This document shows positions 1 through 12,929 of a DNA stretch of 64,000 nt, one piece after another. Positions within the stretch are counted from its first letter, which is position 1, and each line of letters starts with the position of its first letter. The position numbers and the translations under genes were made by a program. This DNA is from Selaginella moellendorffii (Eukaryota > Plantae > Lycopodiophyta), in contig NW_003314263.1 of NCBI RefSeq assembly GCF_000143415.4, forward strand, positions 2,606,041 through 2,670,040. Direction: 5' to 3'. The notes under the pieces were generated by a model that saw nothing but the letters and a program-made list of their open reading frames with translations, did not search any database and had not been told where the DNA came from.

Positions 1-1168
1 GGAAAACAAACCGACAAACATGGGACCCCATACCTGTGCTGTACGAATAGATGTGAATTGGCCGGTTGTACATTTCAGCCATTGCCTGTATCTCGAGGTT
101 GTTGCCATAAACCTTCAAGGCAGTACCACCATTCATCAGTCAAGTAAGACAGCAAAAGAAAAGCGATAACCTTATCTCTGCGTTTTCTTTTGCAGTACGT
201 AGTAAAGCCTTCTGTAATGAACTGTGAAAAATGATCTCTTTCTCTTTCCTGTAACAGAAAAATAGCAACGTGACTTGATCCCTGAAAGCATCACACTCAG
301 AATCATTACCATGTAATCTATACACATCTGCCTTGTCTCGCCAAACATTTCTGGATCGCCATAGACTTGATCAGCCACAGCACGGAACAAACAGTTGCCA
401 TCAGGAACCATTCTCCTTACTTCGAAACCTTTCACCCGCCGGAGCTCGATCTCGAAATGGCTTTCCTTGTCCTCCTGGAAAAAAGAAACAAGACACGAAC
501 ATATTTGTCACTGAAGCTCTCGGAGCCGCACAAGCGGATTACCATCCACGTACATCTTCCTCAAATCCAGGCGTTGCAGACCAGGAACTGGATTCGTCAG
601 CACTGTTGTATCCATCGCCCTCCCCCGAGTGTGCTCTAGGAGACGTGGAATGCGAGCTCGTTGGCGAGATCCTGACTCGCTGAGCAGTAAAACCTGGCCT
701 TGGAACTGTGGCACGCCTTGAGCCTGTTCCAACTCTAGTTGATGACGAAGTTCCTGCGTTAGATCTAGGCGGTTCTTGGTTACCACACTCGGAAGCTGCT
801 GCCGGAACGCTCGGACTTTGCACTGCCTCTGTCACCTGAGCAGCAAATTCTTTTGCATTCTCCTGGTCCGAGCCGGGAGCTTTTCCAGCGCTCCTCGACT
901 CTTCGGAAGAAATGCAAAGGCCGGCAAACCGACTTCCCAGCTGTGAGGCTTTTTCGATGCTTTCTCCATCCAGGAAACTCGAAGTTCCCTCAGCTTTGTT
1001 CTCCGCGGCCTCCTGGCCGGAAGGAGAAATGAGAGTCGACGATGGTGGCAAAGGAGGAGGTGGCGGTGGTACTGACGACGAAGTCCCAGGAGTGGAAGTA
1101 GCAACATTTCTCGGTGGCTGGGACGAACCAGGCGCTGGATTACCTCTCGGAACCACAACTCGAGTCAT
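1..1168 (-). CDS. OTU-domain deubiquitinase (OTLD1/OTU5-6-like), multi-exon, 3' end outside window
   Basis: Starts MTRVVVPRG (ATG 1168). Contains SPRAHSGEGDGYNSADE, the catalytic DGNCLFRAVADQVYGD motif and a YGNNLEIQAMAEMYNRPIHIY exon near 40-115. Confidence 0.9.
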
Positions 1169-1984
1169 TGCAATGAGCGTCTCACGAGTCACCACTCCAT
1201 TCGTCCGGCATTTCTCTTGAGCTTGGTTCTATACCATCCCCAGTCTCGCCTTTCTTTCTTGTCAAAAGTCGCCCCCTCCGCCTTCCAGCCTGCTATCTCC
1301 CTTTTCATCCAAGCTGCCGCTACCTCGTCGCCCAAACTTCCAGATCTCCCTCCTATCGGCTCCACTTCTCATGTAATTCCAAGGCTCTCCAGCTCCTTCC
1401 AGCTGCTCTCCTTGCCCTAGAAGCCGATTGAGCTAGAAATCTCCGAAATCTCCGCAATCTTTCCTCCCAGCTACGAGCTCAGCTCTGCCACAATCATCCA
1501 AGCCATGACATACCACGACCGCGACTCCACTCCACCAACGCCATCGCTCGATCCTCCGCCAGTACCCTAGGGCGATAATGCGCTAGAAAAAAAGGATATG
1601 CCCTCAATGTAGCACGAGCAAGGAAGGCTTTATAGGAAAAAGAAGGGGCGTGGCCCTGTGTAGGAAGGTACACAATAGCGGCCAATGGGAGCACACCGCG
1701 TGTCAACTTTCACCCGCGACGCGTGTACACAATCCTAGCCAATGCTTTCCTTACTCCAAAGGGATGCTCCCAGTTAACATACATAGATCCCTTGGAGCTT
1801 TGATCACACCACAAGAAATACCGCGAAGTTATAAACACCCTGTGACAAGGAACAGAGAAGAAAAGAGAGTGAGAAAACGAACGGAAGAACGCGAAGAAAC
1901 TTACTGGGAGCTATTCACAAAAAGGCCTGGACGATGAAACGAAGCCGGCGCGAGCTCGATCGATCGCCCAAGTTTGCTGGTTTG

Positions 1985-3601
1985 CTACGGCCACCATCCC
2001 TCTACACTTTGATCATCGTCGTCTCTAGATGCTGCTGCTGCTGCCGCTGCCATCTTCAGAGTTTCTCCGTCGCTGATAATGCTCTCTGGATCGATCTTCT
2101 CTACTTGGTCCACAGGATCGAAGTCTTCCAGAGCTTCTGCGATGTTGTACAGAGGATCCAATCCACTCCTGTCCTCTTCTAAACCTCCACCACCATCATA
2201 AGGATGCCTTTGGTGCTTGGAAACATCTGCTACAGCTTGTGGGATGCTAGCTTCCGGTTGGGAGCCAGGGAAAAGTGGTGGCGCTGTTGCTAGTGCTTCT
2301 TGCGAACTTTTCTCCACGTTTCTTGCTGTTTCTTCATCACCACCTTGTTGGAAGTCGTCAAAATCCATTCCGTTTTCCTTCGTTTCGTAGACTGAAACGA
2401 ACAGCTTCTGTCACGAGACAAACCAGAAAAACAAAAACGTTGAAAAGAACGAAAAAAACGTTTGTCCGCAAACTTTACCCGTTGATCGAAGTCCGGACTT
2501 GACAGGTTGATTGCCAGGTTCCGCATCAACAACAAAACCTGGAACACGAATCATATCAGCAAGAAATGCCACCAGCAAAACAAACACTCACAGTTTCTCG
2601 GTCTATCGGAGCCATCTCCCGTAGCTTCTTGAGATGCCCAGCCGTGCCCGGATCAAAGATGCTTCCAATGAATTTGTAAACCTCGGAGAACGCAGGAGCA
2701 GCTGACAAAGTCACAATACCATTAGCTCTATCCACTTTTTCTCCAGTTTTCCGACCTCTCTGCGGATTTGCTTGTGCCGGAGGATCTTGAGCCCAAGTAT
2801 TTGCAGTGCTGCTATTGTTTTGGTTCTTAATATTCGCGGGGGTTGCCAGCTCCGGTTGATGGGGATCTGGAAGGACATCAACACGGTGAGAAAAAACAGA
2901 GAAAAACAAAACAATCATTCTAAAAATCACAAAACTTCCACCTTTGTAGAAAGGAATGGTTCCTTGAGGCCCTCCATGATGAACCCAGGAAGAAACCGGA
3001 CTGGCGGTCACTCCTGGAACAAACATATTGCATTGTGGAACCATGTAAGCAAAATCCGGTGGTGGAGGATGTGGAGTTCCTCGCTGTGGGGGAGCTGTCG
3101 AGCAAAGAAAAACGCTATGAAACTCGCAATTTGGTATCGGCAGCTTACCTGGTTTCGCAGCTTTTTGAGGATATGGTTGAGCAGATTTACGCTTCGGCCG
3201 TGGAGGAGGAACGTGTTCTCCAGTTCCATTCTTCTGGACTTTCAAAAAATACTTCTGGGCATGACTTCTAATCTGGAAATTGTCACACACTAACGAACTA
3301 AATCCCCGCGAAGAACATGAATAAAGCAAAGGAATTTCACCTGAATCACTGTTTTCGAGCCAACGAACGCCTCAATCTTCTTCCAATCCCGATCAAACCT
3401 GGAGAGATTGGACTTAGAACCGATACCTCGCGAGGAAAAGATCTCTTACAGCTGCAAGGCCTCGAGAAACTTGTCGTGCTCTTGCTCCGTCCAGCTCTCC
3501 CTGGATTTCGTGATGGTGTAGGGCTTCCGGATCTTCTTGGACACCGCATCATCGGATGGAAGCGCTGGATTCGCCATCAACCCTACCATTTCAGCATTCA
3601 T
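1985..3601 (-). CDS. REVEILLE/LCL-type single MYB (SHAQKYF) transcription factor, multi-exon
   Basis: [29 protein letters not shown] / [19 protein letters not shown] / [14 protein letters not shown], then LCL domain [14 protein letters not shown]...[18 protein letters not shown]. Final acidic exon ends at 1985 (its splice junction is inferred). Confidence 0.9.
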
Positions 3602-4040
3602 ATGGCTGCTCCCTAGAACAAATCGCGCGCAGCTCGTTCGATAAACCGCCTCACAGCATCAATCCCGAGCTATCATCCACAGATCGGCACGAAAAGAATC
3701 GATCCACCCTAGCCCTCTCTCCCTGCGCTTTCTTTCTGTATCCCTATCCCTTTGGAGACTCTAGAGGTCCAGACACACAAATGCAAGAGTTCCAAAACCA
3801 CATTGAATAGCAGGATGGCATCCGCCGTCCGATTGGACAACGTGGCAGAAATGCCAGGTGGCAGACAACGTGGCCGCACTGGAGCGGTGGAAAAGATTGA
3901 CACAAAATCTTTCCTATGGACCGTTGATGGTCAAATCAATATGTGGCCCAAAGTTTTTCACAATTCTCAGCCACAAATTTTTTTATTACCTTTAAAACAT
4001 TTAGGGCTGATCGTCATTACTTTAGGGTTCTTCATTCTAG

Positions 4041-4540
4041 ATGGCCGCGGGGGGGTTGGATGCCGCGTTCTTGGAGCTAATGCGCGATCGTGCACAGCGA
4101 TCGGCAGCGATCCGGCAGCGCATAGGTGAGATTTTGGATTCTTGGCTGGAAATCGGCTCAATGCGGGCTTCACAGACAGGGATCGGAAAGAAGCCCTTGC
4201 ATCGGCCGCACAGGTATCGAAACTTCTGGAGCGCGGCCTCAATGCCGGCGTCCAGGAGGTGTTTGCGAACGAGAAGAGGATCGAGAGCGAGACTCGCGCG
4301 GTGGCCATGACGGTTCAGCGAGCGGTCAAGCAGAGCAACCAGTGGATGAGCCTCTTCCATAGTTTCGACACGGCATTGAAGGCAAGCTCTCTCCTTCTTG
4401 TGGATCTTTGTAACTCTTGTTCGCTTTCTCCTCCTCTTCTTTTGTTTCTCTAGGAGATTGGTGATTTTGAGAACTGGATAAAGATCATGGAACGCGACTG
4501 CGAGGAGATCCAAAGCGCCTTGGAACGCGTCAAACGCTAG
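4041..4540 (+). CDS. BLOS1: BLOC-1 subunit 1 (GCN5L1/BLOS1), 3 exons
   Basis: LNAGVQEVFANEKRIESE...FDTALK|EIGDFENWIKIMERDCEEI matches the BLOS1 family. Intron 2 (4382-4453) is GC-AG. Confidence 0.88.
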
Positions 4541-4551
4541 CGCGAGATGCG

Positions 4552-6579
4552 ATGAGGAAGAGCAGGGCCGAATGTCTTGAGCTTATCAGCTCCGTCAAGA
4601 CGATCGCCACCGCAAAGGCAGTCCACGTACAGATCGTCGATAAGATCTTCCTCGACGATGTCTTCCTCTGCAACAAGCTCATCGAGATGTATGGCCGCTG
4701 CCGGAGCTCACGCGAGGCACGCACCATCTTCGACGCGATGCTCGCCAGGGACTCCTTCTCCTGGGACACGATGCTGCTGGCGTACACTCGGACCGGCAAC
4801 CTCGAGCAAGCCAAGCAGATCTTCGATGAGATGCCCAGCAAGAATCTCATCGCCTGGACGAGCCTGCTGGTGGCATTCTCTTCCAGCGAAGACTTCCACC
4901 AGGCCAAGCTCCTCTTCGACCAGATGCCCGAGAGAGATGAAGTCGCCTGGAACGCGATGCTGGCTGTATATGCCCAGAATGGGTGCCTGGAAGACGCTAC
5001 GCTGCTGTTCCAGGAAATGCCCAGCACCAACCTGGTGTCGTGGAACACTCTGCTCGACGCTTTTGTGGAGGCTGGGAAGCTGGAAGAGGCCGGGGACTTG
5101 TTTCACAGGATGCCACTGCACGACTTGATCTCCTGGACGACTATCCATCACGCTTATGCCCGGTTTGGGTATATAGACGAGGCAAAGCTCGTCATGGAGG
5201 CTATGCCCGAGAGTGACACAGTCTGCTGGACAGCGATGCTTTCGGCGTATGCTCAGCTGGGGAGCCTGGACAGTGCCAAGGCTACGTTTGACTACATGCC
5301 GCAGAGGGACCTGGTCTCTTGGAACACGATGCTTGCGGCGTATACTCAAAACGGACGCCTCGACGATGCAAAGTTCGTGTTTTGGGGGATGCCCGAGAGG
5401 GACTTGTTCTCGTGGACGACGATGCTGGCTTGTTACGTCGAAGAGGGGCATTTGGAGGAGGCCAGGAGGGTGTTTGACGGCATGCCACAGCGAAACGTGA
5501 TCGCTTGGAACGTCATTCTAGCGGGGTACGCACAGGTCGGGCTCATGGATCGAGCAACGCTACACTTCGACTCGATGCCGTTTCGAGACTTGATATCCTG
5601 GAACATCATGCTCGGCGGCTACGTCCAGATCGAAGGTGGTCTTCGCGAGGCGGAGGTGTTCTTTCGGGGGATGCCGCAGCACAACTTGGTGTCGAGGAAC
5701 ACGATGCTCACAGCGTTCGCCCAGGCCGGATTCATCGAGAAGTCGAGGGATTGCTTCTCATCGATGCCGGAGCACAACCAAGTCTCGTGGACGTCGATGC
5801 TGGCGGCGTTTGCTCACAACGGCCGGGTCGAGGAGGCCAAGTTCACGTTCCTGTCGATGCCGCAGCGAGACTTGGTCGCCTGGAACGCGATGCTGGCGGC
5901 CTACGCTCGAAACGGACAGCTCCTCGAGGCGAAGCAGGCTTTCAGCGACATGCCCGAGCGGAGCCTGGTTTCGTTCAACGGCATGCTCTCGGCCTACGCG
6001 CAAAACGGCCATCTCCGGCTCGCCAGGCAGCAGTTCGATCGCATGCCCGAGAGAGACCTCGCTTCGTGGTGCGCAATCTTGGCGGCGTACACCCAGAACG
6101 GAGGACACACCAGCGGCATCGTCGAGCTCTTCAACGCGATGAAGCTCACGGACATGCATCACGGGGCGTGCTTCGTGGCGGTGCTCGTCGCGTGTAGCCG
6201 AGCCGGGAAGCTTTCGGACGGGAGGAGATGGTTTGGATCGCTGCTCGTCGACTTTGGCGAGCGGCCGACGAGGCAGCACTACTGCTGCATGGTGGATCTC
6301 TTGGCTCGGGCGGGGCACTTGGACGACGCGGAGGCGCTGGTGGTGGAGATGCCGCTGGGCTCGAGCGCGCTCCAGTGGAGGTGCCTGCTTGGAGCTTGCG
6401 GGAATGGCTATGGCGGTGTCGAGCAGGGTGGCCGGGTTGCGAGCTCCGTCCTGGGCTTGGATGGAGGCGATGGAGCTGGCTATGTTCTTCTCAGCAATCT
6501 TTGCTACTCGGTTGGAGCTCCGGAGAATTGGATTGCTCGAAAGGAGAGGAAGAAGCTCGCGGCAAGAGCTCCAAGATGA
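4552..6579 (+). CDS. PLS-class pentatricopeptide repeat protein with E-type C-terminus and no DYW domain
   Basis: Intronless 675-aa ORF with ~15 tandem 31-aa repeats (MPERDLVSWNAMLAAYAQNG-type), HYCCMVDLLARAG and an E-motif (WRCLLGAC...YVLLSN). Confidence 0.93.
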   Translation: MRKSRAECLELISSVKTIATAKAVHVQIVDKIFLDDVFLCNKLIEMYGRCRSSREARTIFDAMLARDSFSWDTMLLAYTRTGNLEQAKQIFDEMPSKNLIAWTSLLVAFSSSEDFHQAKLLFDQMPERDEVAWNAMLAVYAQNGCLEDATLLFQEMPSTNLVSWNTLLDAFVEAGKLEEAGDLFHRMPLHDLISWTTIHHAYARFGYIDEAKLVMEAMPESDTVCWTAMLSAYAQLGSLDSAKATFDYMPQRDLVSWNTMLAAYTQNGRLDDAKFVFWGMPERDLFSWTTMLACYVEEGHLEEARRVFDGMPQRNVIAWNVILAGYAQVGLMDRATLHFDSMPFRDLISWNIMLGGYVQIEGGLREAEVFFRGMPQHNLVSRNTMLTAFAQAGFIEKSRDCFSSMPEHNQVSWTSMLAAFAHNGRVEEAKFTFLSMPQRDLVAWNAMLAAYARNGQLLEAKQAFSDMPERSLVSFNGMLSAYAQNGHLRLARQQFDRMPERDLASWCAILAAYTQNGGHTSGIVELFNAMKLTDMHHGACFVAVLVACSRAGKLSDGRRWFGSLLVDFGERPTRQHYCCMVDLLARAGHLDDAEALVVEMPLGSSALQWRCLLGACGNGYGGVEQGGRVASSVLGLDGGDGAGYVLLSNLCYSVGAPENWIARKERKKLAARAPR

Positions 6580-6727
6580 AATTTTTGTTGTCTAGAAACT
6601 TAGTTTATATACGTTCAATTATTGATCTGATCAAATATGTTATAGCACACAATCACATGAAATCTTGATGTTCATGCGAGTCAATCTTAAACTGGATATA
6701 TCCAACAGCTACTGATTGGAGCCTGAC

Positions 6728-7000
6728 CTAACCTTCAAAAGCTGTCAAGACTGGAACTTCTTCCAATGATATTATGATCTTTTGAGATAGAATTGGTCTG
6801 AGCTTCCAGCCGCCATTGGAGAGCTTGACCGACGAGGCGCCTTCAACCACGATTCTTCCTCGTTGATAAAAGATAAAAGACTTCCACCGCAATTCTTTGG
6901 CCGGATGCATAGTAAGCAAATCAACATGGAAGAACACTTGCTGGATGACATTGTTGAAATAAAGCACCCATTTCCTTGTCTTCTTACAGCTGCCCTGAGT
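6728..7000 (-). pseudogene. Decayed fragment of BAHD acyltransferase exon 1
   Basis: KWVLYFNNVIQQVFFHVDLL and SLEEVPVLT resemble KCALYLNNFDQQVFFHVEML and SMEEVPLLT of the neighbouring gene, with internal deletions. Confidence 0.65.
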
Positions 7001-7819
7001 GGACCTTGGAATGGAAAACATTGGAAAACATTAACCTTGTCAAATCTAAAGCTCTTCCTGTAAAGTTTCTTGTGTGAAGTTCTGCCCGCAAAGGTACCAC
7101 AGATTGCATCATCTTTAGGAATCCAAGCAGAATACAGCATATTTAAATCATGTAAAATGAAATGGTTGGCGTGGGTTTAGAACTTGTCCAAATTGCACGA
7201 AACCTCAATTTTCTAATGGTTACTGAAAGTCCAAACACGCAAACTAAGTTGCAGCTGAATTTTTTCAATGGATCATGACGGGTAGCAACTGAAAGATTAA
7301 TTGAAAAACATGAAATTTACAAAGTTTTAGAAAGTATTTATCAGATTAATATAGTTTAAGAACCATGAATATATTGAGTATCTTGTACTTCTGGAAGGGT
7401 AGTTGATTTTGTTCTCTTTCTTTGCATCATCATATTGGATTGAATGGCCCAGTATAAAAATAACAACAAAGACTGGTGAGCAAACAAATCAGGTTTCTTC
7501 TTTTCTAAAAAAAAAATTCTATAAAACAAGGAATAGTTTCGTGTCGGAGTCTCCCACTCGCTCAGCGACACAAGATTTTATGCTCTGATGTTTAACCAGG
7601 CAACAACCGCATTGCGTGAACTTCCCGTTCTTTCTTAAGTCTAGATTTAGAAGAAAATTTGTTATAAGACCAAGTCAGCTTTCTACAAAACAAATATTAT
7701 TCCAGAAGAAAACTAGGAATTTTCTTACGTATACAAATCTATCAGAAAACTAGTTGACAGATTGATACCAGCAAAATTATTCCAGAAGAAAACCAGGAAT
7801 TTCTTACTTATACACTCTT

Positions 7820-9476
7820 TCATACCTTGAGCAAAGCCTCCAGCTTGGCCATCTTATCAAAATCCATCCCCATAAACAAGTTAACGCCGCCATCGTTCTT
7901 GCAGCTAGACAGCACCAGCACGTACTCCCGACGGTCGTTGACCGGGGCCGCCACGTAGGCAGGCCGCCCACAGCCAAAGTCAACGGAGTCAAACCCGAGC
8001 CTAGACCACGTGGTGATGATCATGCCACCTGGCAGGTCGATGATGCCGTGGCCCTTGACGTGGCACCAATCGAGCTCCGAGCGGATATACCCCTCGTCCA
8101 CGCTGGCGATGGTTTCCTGGATCCTGCGCACCGCGAAGGTGAGCGAGTTCTCCCGGAGCTCGGCGGCGGTGGTGTTCACGCACGGCGCCGCGATCACGCC
8201 ATTGCCCAGGAATCTCTCGGGGAAATGCGGCGGGGCTTTGAGCTTGTCGCGGATGCTGATCACCACGAAGAGCTTGGAGATGGCGGCGGGGTCGAGGCCC
8301 ATGGCGGCGGTACGCGCGCGCCAGACGTGCGCGGTGAGCGCCTGGAATGTGGAGCAGCTGTTGAGCGATCCCTCCGCCAGCGCGCGCGATTTGAGCGCCG
8401 CGAGGTCGCGCGCGGTGAAGGAGAAGGTCTTGAACGCGATGGGCAGTGGCGCGGTGGCGTCGTACCAGGAGGAGGGGTTGAAGAGGAGCTTGGCGGGGGT
8501 GGCCGGGAGGGCCGCAAGCTCCGGGTGGTCGCGTGTCACGAGTGGCGGCGATCGGTGGCGGAAGCACGAGCGATCCGGGTCGCGCGGTGCGAGCTCCACG
8601 GCCTCCCCTCGCGTGATCGTCGCGAAATCGTGGAGGAAATCGCTGATGGAGATGCCGTCCATGACGACGTGGCTGATGAAGAAGCCCAGGATGAATCCTC
8701 CACAGCGGAATCGCGTTACCTGCGAGAGAGATTCTCACGGGTTTTAGCCTCGATTGGATTGGAGTGTCTCGATCGACGGCCCAAGTCGACATCGCTGGAC
8801 GAGTCGATCGAATTTTGGCGAATTGCCAGCTATAGAAGATGCCATGACTGGGAATTTTGAGAAATTGAGCGATCAAACCCCGAGTGTGGCCTGGAATTGA
8901 TGAGAAACAATCTATCCGAGTTGCCATCACTCTTGGATTTGATCGCCCAACACGCATTTCGGGAAAGATGGAAAGAAGGAGAGAAGACATGAGAAAAGGA
9001 AAGAAAATCCAGACCTGGACCGTCAAGAGTGGAACTTCTTCCATGGATTTGACGCTCTTGGGATAGAGGAGGAGCCTCCGGAACTCGGGATTTGGAGCAT
9101 CCAGATCGCCCAGCTCCGCGATTGACGAGCTCGAGCGCGCAACCGCTAGCAGGGCACCCTGCTCGCCACAATCAATCTCCAGCCGCGCCTCCTCTTCATT
9201 GATCCGATACCTCCCCGCCGCCGGGTAGTAAGCCACCAGCGCTTTGCTCAGCGCCTCGCGGAGCCTCTCGATCATAGCTCCGCCATCGTCACGAAGATCG
9301 TCACCCAGCTGGATGCTATACTCCCCGTGACCAACATCGTACACCAGCAGCATCTCGACGTGGAAGAACACTTGCTGGTCGAAATTATTGAGGTAAAGCG
9401 CGCATTTCTTGGTGGGCGATGCCGGCTTGATCACCTCGGGCTCCTCGGTGTTGATCTGGAGATAGTATGATCCCAT
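7820..9476 (-). CDS. BAHD acyltransferase (HXXXD transferase family), 2 exons
   Basis: LSKALVAYYPAAGR, conserved intron after LTVQ (~8721-9014), HHVVMDG (HxxxD) and DFGCG (DFGWG variant). Confidence 0.92.
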
Positions 9477-11256
9477 CCTCTCAGGGTTCCTTCTTTCCAA
9501 AAAGTTAAGATATCAACCTCAATCTCCTCTTCCAAGAACTTATGATATAAACCCGGAAAAACTAGCACTCTTCTCTCCTTTTTTCTTCAAGGAATTATGG
9601 TATCAACCTGGAGCTCACAAGTAGGTACTCTTTCTTGAAGCTTTCTTGGTTGCAGTGGAGCCATGGTGGGGATATTTATTTGACTGGACAAGTAGGCAGC
9701 CCGTCAATGAAACACCTACAGCACCACGTATTGACTTTTACTACGATGCCATCATCCTCCACAGGGTGACGGTGCGATTGCGGCCTACACAATCTGGAGG
9801 TTGACGGGCTCTAGGTTAAAGACCAGTCAATTTACCCAACACGACAACTCGACTTGGACGCTCTCCACGCTTGTTTTGTGGGGGCGTTTAAACGGAGCTC
9901 TCGAGCGGATTGTGACTTCCCAGCGAGGAGAAGGGTCCCAAAAACCAAAAATGTTCTGGAAAGTAGTCGGATAGATCTCTTCCAAAGCCAAACAGTTTTG
10001 GCAAAGGTGCTTTTTGGGAGTGGATTAGGTCCTTGTACGCCGTGAAGTTTGACGCGGGCACTAGGTAATGGAATATAATTCTAACAAAGTTGGTTGTTTG
10101 TGTGATTTTGTCGTGTGAAACCGGAGCTTGCCGGCAAATAAAGTACCCAAGCTGTCATCCCGTGGGTCTGTTGGTTGGACGAGTCTTGTTGATCCTACAT
10201 TGAAATTCACTCTATCTATAATGTAGCTGGGAACAATGTCCAGCCGTCCATAATCTTAGACTTCAACACAATGAGCACGTACATTAGCTTCCACGATCCA
10301 TGTACATGTACAGAACTAATGTACAGTGAGATCTTGATAGCTACTACCATTGAAAAAATTCAGCTGCACTAGAAAAGAGTGAGGTTTAGTTGATTATCGT
10401 CCCTTGGACAGGTTCTCGTGCAATGAGACCTTGTCAACAACTAACCCCCACCATGACACAAAGGTACCTTCTATGACTGCACATCCACTATTTCATTTTC
10501 ATGCTGAGAGAATCAGATCCCATTTTGTGGCAGAACTTTGCACGAGAAAGTAGACGAAGAGCTTTAGATTGCTGTCAACAAGTTTGACGAGGTTTATGCT
10601 TTCCAAAATATATTTCAACAAGCATCAAGCCAAACAATTTGGTGGATGTCTGCTATCAACTAGGAAAAATCCTTGCCTGCTTGGTCAAGCTCGCCAATTT
10701 GCAGAGCTGGAAGCTTCGGCTCCCAAGTTTCCGAAGGCTTGTCTTCTATCTCAAGAGCATACTAAATCATTGGAAGAAGTTCAAGATCAAGGGTACATTC
10801 AATCGAAAGAATCCTGACCTAACCAAGAGTATATGTACTAACGTACATGGATAGTAGAAACTTTCGTGCTTACTCCTAATCACCATACGTCTTCTAGCAG
10901 CATTGGTAGTTGAGAACACTTTTCTTTTACCTGACACTACAAGGTTAATTCTTAGAACAATCAACACACTTGAGTTTCCATACATTTGGGAATAATTTTG
11001 TTAGTCTTGCCATAGATCATCACGCCGTTGAGTTGGGAATAACTTTTGTTAGTGTTGCCAGACTTGGAACAATCAACACGCTGTACAATTTGCATTGTTG
11101 GTGCGCTCACGTACATTTGGGTGGTGCGAACAATCAACTCGAGGAGTATTATCACCAAACTCTATCGGTGTGATAATATCTCTAGCAATTACAAAAGCAT
11201 TCTTGGAATATTTTTAAGCATACATATACAAAATTACAAAACATTAAAGCAACCAA

Positions 11257-12510
11257 TTAAAAGTGTACGGCATTTAAACCCTCCTGGAACATCTCAATGA
11301 GAAGCTCTTTGTCAGTAGAGTGGAGGAATTGGTCGAAATTAGCACGAATGTCGTGAATCTTGCCGAATTCGAAGAGGTATCTCATGCAATCCTGTGAAAC
11401 AAAGCGCGAGAGAAGTTACAGGAAAGATCAGCAAGAAGATAGTTACCTTCTTCAAGTTTGGAAGATGGAACATCCACGCGTTGTGTAGTCTCTCCAGAAC
11501 GTTGTCCGAGTTTATATCCTCCATCAAGCTTTCCTCGCATGCCTGCTTGAGATCCTCGATATCATACTTGTCCGAGGCGGCGAGGAGAGCCATCCGGTGC
11601 TTGTGAAACGCTGGGCGATTGATGCTGCCGTAGAGATATGCTAGAAGTGCCTTGAGCGATTCCAGCGACATGTCCTCCATCTCGATCGTGAAAGTCTTCC
11701 TCTCTCTCAAGTCGTGCGAGAACATCACCTGGAAAACTCGAGAGCGCGTCGCCAGGATCGCCAAGTGTGCTCCAATGCTTCCGCTCGGCGTTGTGATCGT
11801 CACGTCTGTGTGGACGCCACTGTCTAGCATGTAGCTCAAGCAGCTCAGCGCGGCCTGGTGAGCGGCGGGCTGGATCGATTTTCCTAGAGTGAAGTAGAAA
11901 GGATCACCCTGGATGGAAAATCACCAAAGAAAAAAGAAAACTCACGACTTTGAGATCGATGCTGATGGTGTTCTAGAGAGAAACTTACGGCTTGCGAGCC
12001 ACATTTCATGTCTATAAACTCGGCCTCCACGACGAACTTTCCATGGATCGCAGTCTCCACAGACCAAGCGTGGTACTCGTTCGTGAGGAAAGTCTTGTCA
12101 TTCACTGCTAGATCCAATCCATGTCAAGGTTTTCGATCAAACTATAGTCACCAAGTACCTTGAGACTGGACTACTTGACGTAGACCTGGTCCATGAAGAA
12201 CACGAAGAACAAAAGCTACAGTTGGCACTTGATCGCTTGGATGATCCGAGTGTTCCTTGAAAAGCCAGACATGCAAAGGCCCACATTTTTTGATCTGCAA
12301 GCGCCTGGAAAGAAAAAAAATTACATACATTGCGTGTGTTCTACTGTTCTAGAGGAAAAAAACTTACCATGTCCACACACCCATCTTAAAATTGTTTGAT
12401 TTCCAGCAGAGATTGGGAGTGAGGCTGTCGATCCTCCACTGCGCCAGCCTCGACAGAATCTCCACATTCAAGCTGAAAGTAAGATGGATCTGCGACGGCT
12501 GGCTCTGCAT
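11257..12510 (-). CDS. BTB/POZ domain protein (At1g21780-like), multi-exon
   Basis: VEILSRLAQWRID N-terminus, BTB core HTDVTI...AHLAILATRSRVF, CEESLMEDINSDNVLERL, C-terminus ELLIEMFQE. Confidence 0.88.
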
Positions 12511-12894
12511 CGTGAGAAATCGCGCTCGAATCTCACCTCATCGCGCAAGAGCCGCCGCCGATCGACCGCGCCTGGCGATCAATCACACTCCCAGCCTGCG
12601 ATCACTCTCCTACCGCCGAGATCACTCTCGCCGATCGATCCAGCATTCTACCTCCTCTTTAGCGCTTCCACGTTAGGGCTTTAGAAAAACACGTGGCACG
12701 GTGCCACTGGTCCACGTCCCTCGCAACACTACACGCGTGTTCGATTCGTTGTCCCACCACGTCCGTTAGATAGGCTGAGGTACGGACAAATAATGGACGG
12801 AATCTGTCTCTGTCAAATAGTCCCAAGCCCATACACGCGAGGGCATTGCCCTTGCCCTTCTCATTTCTTTGTGTTCTTCAAAGGGGCATAAGTA

Positions 12895-12929
12895 TATAAA
12901 CCGCCCTCCAGGGCGCGCTCTATATATAT
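12895..12929 (+). promoter_or_regulatory. TATA-like elements upstream of TBP
   Basis: TATAAA (12895) and a TATATATA run (~12920), followed by a pyrimidine-rich leader and a telo-box-like AAACCCTA (~13044). Confidence 0.45.

Noticed and set aside
4577-6668. Overlapping alternative-frame and antisense ORFs over the PPR (likewise over BAHD, MutS2 and the kinase)
   Set aside because: Shadow ORFs of GC-rich coding sequence with no recognisable motifs.
10569-11200. Short ORFs between BAHD and BTB genes
   Set aside because: Faintly LRR-like but with no convincing motif or gene structure.
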